A stretch of 63,033 bases of DNA, the filler included, from Folioceros fuciformis (taxonomy: Eukaryota): NCBI GenBank assembly GCA_049999805.1. It is 17 parts of 17 records of this genome, joined end to end, with 100 filler letters (N's around TTAATTAATTAA, not from the genome) between each part and the next. Parts side by side here need not be neighbours in the genome. Positions count along the whole stretch, not along the records: positions 17,934 to 30,561 come from JBNGIO010003749.1; positions 30,662 to 36,918 come from JBNGIO010003750.1; 15 more parts are not named here. One strand, 5' to 3'. Below, piece by piece: positions 23,250 to 35,832 of this stretch. How positions within the stretch are numbered: position 1 is the stretch's first letter; each line of letters opens with the position of its first letter. The translations under genes were made by a program, and so were the position numbers. Below the pieces are notes generated by a model, which saw nothing but the letters and a program-made list of their open reading frames with translations, was not told the origin of the DNA and made no database searches.

Positions 23250-24754
23250 TCACGGCCGACCCTTACAACTGCAACAGCCATCTGAGAATTGATGTACACG
23301 GTATCCATCCCTTACAACAATGTGTCTTTGTTCAAGCCTTGACATGAGCTCCGTGGAACTGTGGCAGTCACTGCACATGCGTAGATTTTTCGTTACCACC
23401 AGAGGAGTGCCGCTCGGTGTGTTCAAGAGGCCAAAAGCCAGAGCTAGCTTCTCAGCATGCCCGCAAAGCAAATCTTCCTTTTCCATCTCAGACAGTGGGT
23501 TCAACACCAACTTTGTTTGTGGTACATGTCCCCCTTCCTGCTTCAGCCGGGCATTCGTGCTCTCCACTTTAAGCGCAATATTCTCTTTCCTTTCTCCCAC
23601 GAAAAATCTATGCACCTCCTTATTCACCTCAATGGTCGCCACTGCAGGTTTCTTGTTAGCGCCTGCTACTCTTCTCTGTGTTTCTATCCTGTCTACATCG
23701 CCCCACATACCTGCATCTGCGTAGGTATTGGCCATGAGAACATAGGCCGACGCCCTTTGAGGTTCCAGCCTAACAATCCTTTCGAAACACCACACAGCCC
23801 TTTCTACATCCCCGTGACTTTTGCAGGCATGCAACAAAGATATCAAGCCCACAACATTACTCTGGTACTCACATGACAATAGCATCGTCTCTGCCTCATC
23901 TAATTGGCCAGCACGCCCAAGAAGATCAACCATGCAGGTGCAATGCTCAACAGTAGGTTTGATGCCATGCTCTTCAGTCATGGAATCAAAGTGTTTTCGA
24001 CCCTCGTGGACCAATCCCTCATGGCTGCATGCTACTAGGACGTACGTAAGTGAAAGTAACATCATTAGGATGAGCACCCGCAACCAACATCTCCTCAAAA
24101 CAAGCTAGTGCCTTGTGACCTTGACTAAAAGCACCTTACCCAGAAATCAAGGCATTCCATGTCACCACATCCTTCGCGACCATGCTGTCAAAAACCTGGC
24201 GTGCATCTTCCATTTCACCACATTTTGAATACATGTCCACCAGGCAGGTGCCCACACTACGTTATCCAGCAGTCCTCGTTGGACAATCTGTGAGTGAAAC
24301 TGCCTGCCCATATGTAACGCACCCGTAAAGCATCTAGCTTGTCCACTCTGGTGAGCACATCCATGGCCTCCTCTAGCCTACCTCCACATGCATACATGCG
24401 CAAGATATGCATTTCCTGCTTACACAACGTGCCCACTTTAGCAGCAGAAACGACTCCCATTTCCTGCACACCTCCCAGATTCAGCCTTACGGAGATCTGG
24501 ACTCGGGAGGAGAGGCACCATGGCCCATTTGCATATCCAAGTAAATGAGCTGCTCATCAACCCAAGCTGGCTTAAACATACTGTTCAACCACAGCACCTC
24601 GCCGGACCCCTTGCGCCGGAAGTCAGGGGAACGGGAGCTCTTATTACCTCGTCTGTTATCCCACCACAAGGTAGGGTCCAGAAAAAATTGTTGCCACAAG
24701 TGCTCCTGCTCCTGGCAACGCACATCGCTGGAAAACCCGTCCACAGATGGGTTT
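23250..24754 (-). pseudogene. PLS-class PPR-E-DYW:KP (GRP-type) RNA-editing factor pseudogene with N-terminal OSB/PDF-like motif
   Basis: PDF-like WWDNRRGNKSSRSPDFRRKGSGEVLWL; PPR motifs LVDMYSKCGEMEDARQVFD and DVVTWNALISG; then KKPAVATIEV, HAEKLALAFGL, CSDCH and terminal CSCKGRP*. Stop at 24136-24138, 4-bp duplication frameshift near 24040-24048, most of the PPR array missing. Confidence 0.9.
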
Positions 24755-24844
24755 AGGCTGAACGTTGAACGATTCAACGTTCAGCCTGCGCAGTGGGAAA
24801 TCCACAGATGCGGGAACATCCATAAGTGTGGATTTCCCACACAG

Positions 24845-26020
24845 AACACATTTCCCACACGAACACCACGAGCAACCACGTGTGACGGCTCAGGCTGTAC
24901 AGGTTGAATGCGACAGCCTGCGCAGTTGAAGAATATTTCATGACCTGCATCTGCAATCTGTGCAACAGAAAGAGGATTCCTCACGAAATTAGGTCCATGA
25001 TGCACATTCTCAATACGCGTGGAGTTACCGCCCTGCAACTGAATGTGTAAGACTCCTTTCCCCTCGATATCATGTGATGTATTGTCACCGAGTGCCACTG
25101 TGTGGCCCCAGTGGCCCTTAGGAGTCTAGTGTAGCTAGTAAACCCTGGAAGGTTGTAACTGAAGTGCTAAGATGCACCAGAGTCAAGATAAAGACTCTCA
25201 TCCTTCGTCGATGAAGTAGCTCCATCGCTAGCCACAAAAGATTGTTCCTGCTAAGGTTGCTGACTCACTTGATTGGCTTGAGAGGATTTCTCCTTCTTCG
25301 ACTCGTCTGCCAACCTGGTTCTACATTCTTTGGCGTGATGACCTGGCTTCCTGCAATAATAGCAAGATCCTTTCATCGTACCGCTCGTACCATCCTTCTT
25401 CTCCTCATCTGTAGACTTGGACTCGTCCTTAGACTTCAACTTTGCCTTTGCTTTGTCTTTCTTGGTGAAAAGGACAGCATCATCACTCTTCTCTCTCTTG
25501 TTTGAAAATTCCAATTCTTCCTACAGAAGCAATCCGACCACCTCATCCAACGACGGCTGCTTCTCGCTTGAACGCATCGCAACTGTTGTCCTGAAGGCTG
25601 ACACAAATGGCTTGTAGGTTGCTGGTAAGCTACACAACAACACCACGAGGATCCTTCCCTCGGTTAGTTTCATGTCCATCGCCTTCATCTGGTCCACTGA
25701 GGTCTTTAACTTGTTCACATGTTGTTGGATGGTGTCGCCTGCGGCCATCGTGAAGTTTGCAAATTGTTGTTCCAACAGCATCGAACTTACCATACTTTTC
25801 TTTTTGTATGTATTGCAGAGGGTGTTCCAAGCTTCTTGTGACGTTGCGCATTCGCTCAATTGAGAGAGAACGTCATCTAAGACATTCAACAAGATTGTTG
25901 CCAGCACTCATCCATCTTTGTCGAGGTCTTTCTCAGTGGGTGCAATGTCGAGACCCTTGTCAGTGAACTTCCATACTCCCTCCTTAATAAGACGCATTTT
26001 CATCTTCAGCTTCCATAATG
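24845..26020 (-). mobile_element. Copia gag-protease fragment
   Basis: LWKLKMKMRLIKEGVW gag start, CYYCRKPGHHAKEC knuckle, LDSGAS protease, VARGVRVGNVF. Confidence 0.88.
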
Positions 26021-29000
26021 TGGGCAGAATAGTCACTGAGGCCAAGCCCCCGCATATGTAGATAGTGGGGGAGCTTGGGCAAACCCTTTGTAAAAATGTC
26101 TGCCGTGTTTGAGTCTGTACTTACGTGACTAACCTTGATGATGCCCCTGGATACCAGATCTCGAATATAGTGATGGTGCACTTCGATGTGCTTCGTTCGT
26201 GCGTGGAAGGTTGGCTTGGATACAAGCTCCAGGGCTGAAGTATTGTCACATAAGATAATTGTGGGATCTGGTTGCGGGTGGCCAAGCCCTATAAGGAAAC
26301 TTCTTTCCCACTCTGCTTCTTTGGCTGCTTCAGTCATCGACTTATATTCAGCTTCAGTGGAGCTAAGGGCAATGGTGGTCTGTTTTTTGCTGCTCCAGGT
26401 GACTGCTGCTGAAGCAAGAAGAAAACAATAAGAGGAAATGCTACGCCTGGAGTCTGAATCCGAGGCCCAATCAGCGTCTGAGTAACCAGATAAGGTGAGT
26501 CGTTGGTCCCCACTTCTCCTGTACATGAGGCCATAGTTTATCGTGCCCTGGAGATAACGAAAAATTCGTTTCGCTGCTGTCCAGTGAATTCTCCCGGGTC
26601 ACTCAAGGAATTGGGATACTGTGCTGACAGCGTACAGTATATCGGGCCGTGTCCAGTTGGCGACGAACAACAAGCTACCCACTGCGTGCCTATAAGGTAC
26701 GCCCTCCATGTCCTTCAATTCATCTGGGGTTTGTGGGCTCTGCCGGCGAGTTAATTTGGTGCCAACTGCATATGGAGTCGTGGCAGGTCTTGCCTGGTCT
26801 AGATGGAACTTGCGTAGGATTTCAGTTATATACTTTCTCTGGTGTATATACATGATCCCAGCATCGCGAACTCGCAGAATTTGAATGCCTAGGCAGTACC
26901 TCAACTCTCCAATGTCCTTCATGTCAAACCTCTGGTGTAGCTGCTTCTTTACGTCTGCTAACAGTGCATGGTCGTTTGTAGCAAGGATCAAGTCGTCGAC
27001 GTAGAGAGCAAGGAGCACAGTAGAGGTTCCTCTCATGAGCATGTATACGTTTGTGTCAGCAGTATTCTAAACGAAGTCAATGCTGATTAGGTAAACATGC
27101 ATTGTAAGATACCATACCCTGCCGCTTTGCTTCAGTCCGTAGATACATTTCAATAACCTGAGAACTTGATGCGGGTGTGCAGGGTCTTCGTAGCCTTCGG
27201 GCTGAAACATATACAGCTCCTCCTCAAGGATCCCATACAAGAAGGCAGTGCATACGTCCATTTGCTCGAGGTCAAGGTCAAACTCTGTGGCATAAGCAAG
27301 GATGAGGCGAATGGATTGGCTGCGAACTACAGGTGAGAATGTTTCCTGGTAGTCCAGCCCTTCCACTTGAGTGAATCCTCGCGCCACAAGTCGTGCTTTG
27401 AACCTGGCGACTTCACCTTTGGCACTTAATTTTAGTTTGAATGTCCATTTGCAGGATATGGCTTTCCTGCCTGGAGGGAGATCAGTGAGCGTCCAGGTTT
27501 TGTTCTTCACCAAGGATTGGTATTCTTCCTCAACTGCCTGCTTCCATTGCTCACGTTGAGGACCTGTGAATGCCTAAGTTAATGTAGTGGGTTCCTCAGG
27601 TAAGGACAAAGCTGGTCCGAGGGAGGGGATTGCATGGGTTCGAAAATCAGTGGATGCATAGGGAGCTTCCTTCCATTCAGATGGAGGAGGTCTGTGACGT
27701 GTGGAACGGCGGGGGAGATTGACATCTGGGTCAACCTGGGGTGGAGGCTGTGCAGGGTTAGCCAAGGTATGTGTATCATCAGCTAGCCCTACATCCCCCT
27801 CTGCGTCCAACACAGGTTGAGCAGGGATGGCATCCATGGTGTCTGCATCTATGGTTTCGCCTTCAACATATGCATCTGCGTCTGCCTCAATGTGATGGGG
27901 AAGGTCTAAATTGTGACTTTCTGCAGGCATAGGAGGTGGAACCACGGGTTCAGGCTCATCATCATCAAGGGGGAAAACAGCAGGTTGATCAGCCGGAGAG
28001 GAAGTTGTAGGGTCCTCTGGTGGGCTGTGTTCGGAGGCAGGACTATGGAGTTCAACAAAGGTGACACTCCTAGCAAGAACAATAGTATCAGTGTCTGGGT
28101 TATACAGCTTGTAGGCTTTTGAGTGTTCACTGTAGCCAACCAGGATAAGTGCCTCAGCGCGGCTGTCTAACTTATGTCTTTTCTCCTTAGGTATATAGGC
28201 ATAAGCGCGGGATCCAAAGACCCGGAGGTGGAGGAGGCTGGGCTTCTTGTTCCAAAATACCTCAAATGGGGTTTTGTTTGGGACAGTGCTGGTGAGGACA
28301 CGGTTGAGGATGTACGTCGCTGTCACTATAGCCTCTGCCCAATAACCCTGAGGTAAGCCTGCCCATAACAACATGCTTCTTGTCATGGACAGTAAAGTCT
28401 GATTTTTCCTTTCTGATACTCCGTTTTGTTGGGGCGTATAGGGCACTGTTGTCTGGTGCAGTATCCCATGAGACTGCAGCAGGTCTTCAAAGTTGGAGTT
28501 AACAAATTCAGTGCCATTGTCTGTCCTAAAGGTCTTCAAGAGCTGCCCAGACTGTCGCTGAGCAGTGGTAAGCCAATCCTTGAAAAATCCATAAGTGTCA
28601 CTCTTGAGTTCCATTGGAAATGTCCATGTGTACCGGCTGTAGTCATCAGTTATAGTGAAGAAGTAGCGGGCACCTCCTAGTGAGGGCTCATGGACCTTGC
28701 CCGAGATGTCAGCATGGACTAACTCAAGGGCTCTTGTGGCTCTCTGTGCAGGTGAGTTAGGGAGTGGCAGCTCCTTTTGCTTGGCTAGTATGCAAGGTTC
28801 ACACACAGGTAGTTGTTTAAAGCATTTCGGTAGAGGCTCACGATGGCATCCTAAGACTGACATGTCTATCAACTTGGACTTGTTGATGTGGCCCAAACGG
28901 GCGTGCCAAAGCAAGGCCTGCTATTCTTGACTTAGGTTAAAAGATGAGGTTGAGTGAGTAGCCTCATATGAGTAGCCTGTACAGGTAATGTTAAGTCTGT

Positions 29001-30561
29001 ACAGGTTACTTTCGGGCAGACCCTCGAAAACACATGTGTGGGGAGAAAACTGCCTGTAGAAACAGTAGTGTTCAGAGTCTGCATGCATGTAGAACATGCG
29101 TTGACGCATGATCTGACTCATAGACATGAGGTTTTTGGCGATGCTTGGGACATAGATGACATCATCTAGGGTTAACTCTGTGCCATCGTGCAGTGTGAAG
29201 ACACAAGTGCCTCTACCCTGAATAGGTAAGCTTGACTTACTTTGTTCATCCGCAAGAAATACCTGACCCCCTGTTTGCGTAAGGTCTAGGGTTCTGAAAA
29301 GTTCCTTTTTCTTGCAGATGTGAGTGGTGGCCCCCGAATCAAGATACCAGCAGTTGTCATCACTCTGTGTGCTGAACAGGCATACTGTAAGTATCTTCAC
29401 GGGGGCCTTGGAGTCTGATTTGCTCTGCTTCACTGCTACATTTGCTGTAGCCTTTGGCTAACGTTGGGGCTCACCTGCCTTCCGTTTGCGGCATTCTCTT
29501 GCCCAGTGGCCAGGGAGGCCACACCAGTTGCAACTGCCAGGGCGTTTGGCAGCATTGGAGGGTTCTCCCCTCTGTCCTTGTGCTATTCCTCCTCGGAACC
29601 TTGACTTGCCTTTGCGGAAATTGGTCACTAATGCTTTCTCCCCTCTGTTCTTGGCGGCTGAGGAGAAAGTGCGACTCTGCTCCACCTGGAATAGTGCACC
29701 AATCACCTCCTCCAGGGTGATGGTCACTGACTGGCCGGAGGCAGCAGCTGCAGCACGCATGGGACCGTTTTGACTTGTCACAAAGGTCTGGTACGAGGCA
29801 GGGAGACTGGTCAGGAGCTGGGCGATAGCGTCCACTTCCGACATCTTCTCTCCTGTCATAGCTGTAAGTTGAGCACGTAGGTGTCTAAACTTGCAGACGT
29901 GGGAGGCTACTTTGTCTCCCTCCTTCATTTTCAGAGAGTAGAACTCCTGCCTTACTGCGCATAGAGTCATCATGTTCTGAATTTTGTAGGTTTTCTCTAA
30001 CTGATCCCATATGGCGTGTGCAGATGTGAGGTATTCCACATCAGGGACAAGGTCTGAGTCCAGTCCACCAATAATCAGCGCGACAGCAATTGCATTGAAC
30101 TGCTCCCATTTGGCAATCTCTTCTGGGGTTGGTGCTGGGCTGCTGGACGGGTCGGGTTTGAGGTATGTTCCATCTACAGTGGTCCAAACTCCCCTGGCCA
30201 GCAAGGTGGCCTTCATCCTCACCCTCCAGACGTTGTACCCATGCCCTTTGAACCTATCCTTCTCCTTAAGTTCCGAGGTGAAGGTAGGTAGACTGCTAGA
30301 TGCCATAGCTGATTGTGGATTAGGGTGTAGTGTGAGGTTCTGGAAACCACAAATGAGGGAATTAAGCTGTGCAGCGGTGAACATGAACACCTAAGCTATG
30401 CAGCCGTGATGGTGGGTCTCACTGCTGCCTGTCCTTGTCTCACTTACTCACGTCGTGTTGTCTCCAACGAGACCTAGTTGGGCGCAGAGTTTAGGGGCCA
30501 TCAACAGTGGTGGTTGCTGGATCCTGAGCCCAATTATAGGTCTCGCCAGGGGTAATTGCAA
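26021..30561 (-). mobile_element. Near-complete Copia gag-pol (gag, protease, integrase, RT, RNase H) in one frame with 5 premature stops
   Basis: ORFs 29458-30390, 28921-29433, 27574-28914, 27067-27513, 26599-27042 and 25984-26526 share one frame. Motifs CNWCGLPGHWAREC, WYLDSGATTH, RTDNGTEF, QQNGVSER, LYVDD, YSDADWA, ADIFTKGL. Confidence 0.96.
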
Positions 30562-30661
30562 NNNNNNNNNNNNNNNNNNNNNNNNNNNNNNNNNNNNNNN
30601 NNNNNTTAATTAATTAANNNNNNNNNNNNNNNNNNNNNNNNNNNNNNNNNNNNNNNNNNNN

Positions 30662-31647
30662 ATAGTCTAAGAGGTGGTAGATCCTTGTGGTGGTAGGGCC
30701 AGAAGCTCATTGGTGGCAAGTTGTGCTAGAAGTCTAAATAAGTGGCTGGTGACAGCCGGATAGGCTATTAAAATAATATTTCTCAAGTTAGAGAGAGGTG
30801 AACTCAGAGAGAGAGATAGGCTCCTATAAGATCAGGTGAGCCTGTAGGAGGAGGGAGTCATTCACTTTTGGGAGTCAGTCTATCTCTTTGTGAGCTCTTG
30901 GAGGTCCTTTCTTCATGAGCTCTTGTGGTCTGTCCCAGCTTGGTTTAGGACCTGCAGTGTGTTGCCGGCTGTGCAACGTCTGGTAGGATCGCNNNNNNNN
31001 NNNNNNNNNNNNNNNNNNNNNNNNNNNNNNNNNNNNNNNNNNNNNNNNNNNNNNNNNNNNNNNNNNNNNNNNNNNNNNNNNNNNNNNNNNNNCTCAACCT
31101 GTCCACTCTTGTTCCTTGCTTGGTCAAGTGCTGTAGGCCGGCCATGTCTCATGGCGTCTGGTAAGGTTGTGGGGAGGAGATACCCAAGAGGGGAGTGTGT
31201 TCCCTTCTTCCTTTTGTTTGGGGTTAGTCTAGTGACTCTTGCCGGGTAGGAGGAGTCCGTAGGGAAGTGTAGAAGGTAGTGGTGTCGTTGCTGGTTGCTG
31301 GTAGTTGCTGGTGTTGGTGCTGGAGTGAGAGAGTGAGTGAGGTGTGTGAGGGAAGACGCAGATCTGAGAGGTTAGAGTCGTTGTAGTGACAGGAGTGAGT
31401 TTGTGGGCACCGAGAGAGGTGCAACTGACCGCCGGACAGCGAGGCCTGTCCTACGCCCGATCGGAGCTGGAGGGGAGCCCTCGAATCCATCATCGAGTTG
31501 ATCAAGTCCGACCCTCCATCCACAGCAGCAAGGAACCCCATCGCTCGTTCGTGGGAACGAAACCCAATGTCTCAACGACAGTGGGATAAGTGTGGCCACT
31601 AAAGGTGGAACCCGTTGGCAATCGGTGCCCGGGGTTTTGCCTCCACA
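30662..31647 (-). mobile_element. Family A LTR-like repeat inserted into the gag of the adjacent Copia
   Basis: Ends ...GGGGTTTTGCCTCCACA at 31647, directly abutting Copia gag sequence. Confidence 0.9.
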
Positions 31648-34600
31648 AATAGGCATCGTCAAACCCAACACTGGGACCGGCCACGCCCTTTTCACTTCTG
31701 GTAGAAGAGGAGGTTTTCGAGGCAGAGGACGAGGAAACTTCTCAACCAGAAGGTTCTTCGATGCACCTACACAACAAGGTGGACGTCAGGGCACATACGC
31801 CAACAAGACGAATGACAAAAGAACAACAAAGGGAGCCTGCAACTGGTGCAGGATCCCTAGCCATTACGAGCACGAATGTAGAAAGAAACTTGCTGGTGAG
31901 CCCAGGCGGAAGTCACCACGAAATGAAGTTCATACTACGACAGCTGGAAGAGCACTTGCTGCAAGCTCTATTCTAGCAGTCTGCCTCACTCTCACTAGGA
32001 CAAACACCAACAGATGGTTCCTCGACTCAGGAGCCACTACTCACATCTGCAGTAGCAAGGATATGTTTACTTCTTACCATGGAGTATTATCCGACCAGCA
32101 CCTGCTATTGGGAGACGACAGCGCACTCCCTACTGAGGGATCTGGAGAGGTCCAATTACAATTGTCGACAGGCGAACCCCTCACCATCAATGGAGTCCTA
32201 TATGTCCCTACCATGACGAAAAATCTCCTTTCGGTCAGAAAACTGGCAACTGAACATGATCTCGTAATTACATTCCAAGGTAACCACTGTACTATCCACC
32301 ATTCCAAGGATCTTCATCACAACGCCTTGGCCCATGGCTTACCTTTCAATGACCTTTACCTTCTTAATATCCATTCATCTTCCTCCCTCCTCGTCATCAG
32401 TTCAGCATCTAGTACTCCTAGTGAGTCACTCCTCTGGCACTGTCGTGCTGGTCACATGCATCCACGATACCTCAACATGCTCGCAAACCCAAGCATGTAC
32501 AAGGATCCAGTTAAACTCAACATCCCTAAAGATTTTTTCTGCGAAATTTGTCAGTATGCCAAACTCACCCAGCTTCCCTTCAAGGATTCTTCTCCCACTC
32601 GTGCTCATCGCCTTCTTGAAATAATCCATTTTGACATCTGTGGACCTATGAGTAGAGCATCCTTTGGTGGTCACTCATACTTCATCACATTCCTTGATGA
32701 GTGGAGCTGTTTCTGCCATGTCTATTTTTTACGCCACAAAGATGAAGCTCTTTCATGCTTCCAAGATTTTCTCCTCACAGCTGAACGCCAAACTGGCTTC
32801 AAGTTAACCACCCTACGAACAGACAACGGGGGTGAGTACATTAGTCACTCCTTTCAAGAGTTTTGTAGGTCAAAAGGCATCCTTAGACAGCTAATAGTAC
32901 CCTATACTCCATCTCAAAACCCCTTCGCAGAAAGACTGAACAGATCCCTTCTCGAAATCTCCCGCTCTCTCCTTAAGCTTTCAGGTCTTACCAAGGGCTA
33001 CTAGGCCAAAGCTGTCTGTACCTCCAACTACCTTAAAAATAGACTGCCTACCAAAGATCTTCCAGCTGCCTTTGCCCACATCGCTGATGAAACTCGAAAA
33101 AAAGTGGGATGATAAGGCCCGGAGACTTCTCTTCGTAGGTTACTCAGACCAGGTCAAAGCCTACAAACTTTTCGACCCAAGTACCAGAGAAGTTATCCTC
33201 TCTCGCAGCGTCCACTTCAATGAGTCTCACCTACTCCAAGCTTACCTCACTTCCTCCCTTAACTCCACACCTTTGCCTGCTCCCAGCTCTTTTGGTCGTC
33301 TTCCTGTTGACTCCCCTGCTGCTCTTGAGGGGGCCACTACACATGATGCCGACCAAGACCCACAGGTTGATGCCAACCAAGACCCACAGGTTGATGCCGA
33401 CCAAGACCCACAGGCTCCTCAGCAGGTCACTGCACCAGGCTCAGCCACTTCAGGGCCTTTACCTACACAACACAACCTTGACTCAGTACAGGACACAACA
33501 GGCACCCTTGAGGCACTTGCTCCCGTTGTAAATTCACAACCTCAGCCTCATAACTTACCAGTTCCAACGCAGCATGTGCCCAGGAGATCCACTCGGCATC
33601 GCCCTCCTAGGAGCGAATGGAAGGAACCACCATACCTTCCCGGAGACACCCTTTCATCTCGGAGCACATCTCAGGATGACACCACACCTGAAGAACCTCC
33701 TGCACACAAGCATACTCATCAACTCAGCTTGGCACTCTATCAAGCTTTATCAGCCATTGAAATGCAGAATGTATCTCAATCAATTGAGGAAGCCTTCAGC
33801 ACCCCCGAGTGGACAAAGGCAGCCAAATCAGAGTTTGATTCACTAATAACAAACAAAACTTGGAAGCTCGTTGATTTACCACCTGGCTGGAAACCCATCT
33901 CCTGCAAGTGGACTTTCCGGAGGAAGTTAAACCCCGATGGTACAGTATCTAGATACAAGGCCAAGCTCGTAGCCCGGGGCTTCAGTCAAGTCCCAGGCTT
34001 CGACTATGAGGAAAACCGACTTTACAGCCCAGTGGTAAAATCAACATCCATCAGAATCTTGCTCGCGTTTGTTGCTTAGTATCGTCTTGACATTCACCAG
34101 GTTGACGTCAAGACAGCCTTCCTCTTTGGCACCTTGAATGAAGATATCTACATGCTCCAGCCACCTGGCTTCATCAAGGACCATAGAAAAGTCTGTAAGC
34201 TTATCAAGTCACTATACGGACTGAAACAATCAGCTCAGGTCTGGAATGAAACCGTAGATCTATTCCTAAAAAAGTGTGGCTTCTTACCCCTCACTGCAGA
34301 TCCCAACATCTACCTCCTTAGACAGAAAGAGCATTTCGTAGTAGTCACCCTCTATGTTGATGACAACTTCATATTTGGTAGTAGCCTTGAAATCATCAAG
34401 TATGTCAAAGACCTGTTAGCAAAAGAGTATGATGTTGTAGACTCAGGACCCCTCAAATATGCCTTAGGTGTCCAATTCGAGCGTAACCTAGCCGACCACT
34501 CTTTCTTTATTCACCAACAAAACTATGTGGATCAACTTCTAGATAGGTTTAACCTGAAGGACGCTAGGCCTGTATCTACTCCAATAGCTGCAGGAGAAAA

Positions 34601-35815
34601 GGTGTCAGCAGAAGATTGCCCTACCACACCAGAGGAAGCAACTGAAATGGAATCCATTCCCTATAGTGAGGCTGTAGGTAGTCTCCTATACCTATCAATC
34701 TGGACCTGGTCGGACATAGCCCAGGCCGTTAACATAATGTCCAGATACATTTCAAACCCTGGCAAGGCTCATTGGACGAGTGTCAAGAGAATCCTGAGGT
34801 ATCTGAAGGGAACCAGCCCTAGGGCTAACATACAGGCACAATGACAGCACGAACCTTATCCTCACATGTTACTCAGATGCAGACTAGGCTGGAGACCCCG
34901 ATGCAAGGAGGTCCACAACAGCCTACTGCACAAGGATAAATGGGTCTACCATCTCTTGGGCATGCAAGAAATTACAGACAGTTTGCCTCTCCTCTACGGA
35001 GGCAGAGTACGCTGCCACTTCCTTAGCAGCTAAGGAGGTCCTGTGGATTCGTCAGTTCCTGCAAGACATAAACGAGCAACAACATCAGCCAACTGATTTA
35101 AAGTGCGACAACCAGTCAGCCATCGCCATGACCATGAACCCTGTGTTACACGCCAGGACTAAACACGTGGAAATCCAACACCATTTCATCCGTCAGGTGG
35201 AATAGGGCTTGTGGCCAGAGAAACATATCTGAATGTGGACAGCAAGGCTGTCTGCAGTGCAAATTAAGCGGGAGTTGCTCAACCCCAGTGCAAGGATCTG
35301 CAAGCCTTCAGTCATCCAGCAAAGGCCTCCAATACCACCAAATGATTAGGTAACTTGCGACCTGGAGACACCACTAAACCCTCAGCACGAAGGAACTGTA
35401 GCAGGGCATGATCGAATGGCAGCCATGGCCAGGAGGAATGAACACAGCCGAATCCTCGCCGAGGGGGAGTGTTGCGAAACAGATGTGTTTTGATGCGCCT
35501 GCGGATTAGGGCTGCTATTTAGGGCATGTTTCAGAATATATAAAATACTTTAAATACTTTAAGTATAATAACAGTTGAAGTAGTTAGTTTAATATAGTTA
35601 AAACTGTTTAGCAATTTAACAGTTTTAACTCCTTAAGTTGGTGTATAAAACCAAGCATGTATAATCAAATTATTATCCGATCCTACCCTGGCTTGCATTT
35701 CTTTAAGAAGAGGTACAACTCTTCAGACACAGGCTATAAAAGCCCACCTCTTGTAATCAATTTTATCAATTAGTAAAACACTATCTTTGATCAAACGCTT
35801 CCGCAAAGCACTACA
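31648..35815 (+). mobile_element. Copia element (gag end, protease, integrase, RT, RNase H, PPT, 3' LTR from 35470), degenerate
   Basis: CNWCRIPSHYEHEC, WFLDSGATTH, RTDNGGEY, RYKAKLVARGFSQ, LYVDD, RTKHVEIQHHFIR; PPT GAGGGGGAG (35461-35469) then TGTTG. Confidence 0.94.
33345..33414 (+). repeat. 24-bp tandem repeat x3 (DADQDPQV) in the Copia integrase-RT linker
   Basis: GATGCC(G/A)ACCAAGACCCACAGG repeated three times. Confidence 0.9.
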
Positions 35816-35819
35816 AACT

Positions 35820-35832
35820 TGGTATCAGAGCA
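35820..35832 (+). promoter_or_regulatory. Primer-binding site for initiator tRNA-Met
   Basis: TGGTATCAGAGCA, 4 nt after ...CTACA. Confidence 0.85.

Noticed and set aside
21694-26020. PPR pseudogene enclosed in a complete LTR element sharing the LTR at 21533
   Set aside because: That LTR appears to end at 21693 and no PPT or matching second LTR was found, so capture is unproven.
31592-31680. 470-aa ORF with a novel N-terminus MATKGGTRWQ
   Set aside because: Chance read-through from the inserted LTR into Copia gag-pol. The same applies to chimeric ORF 58190-59140.
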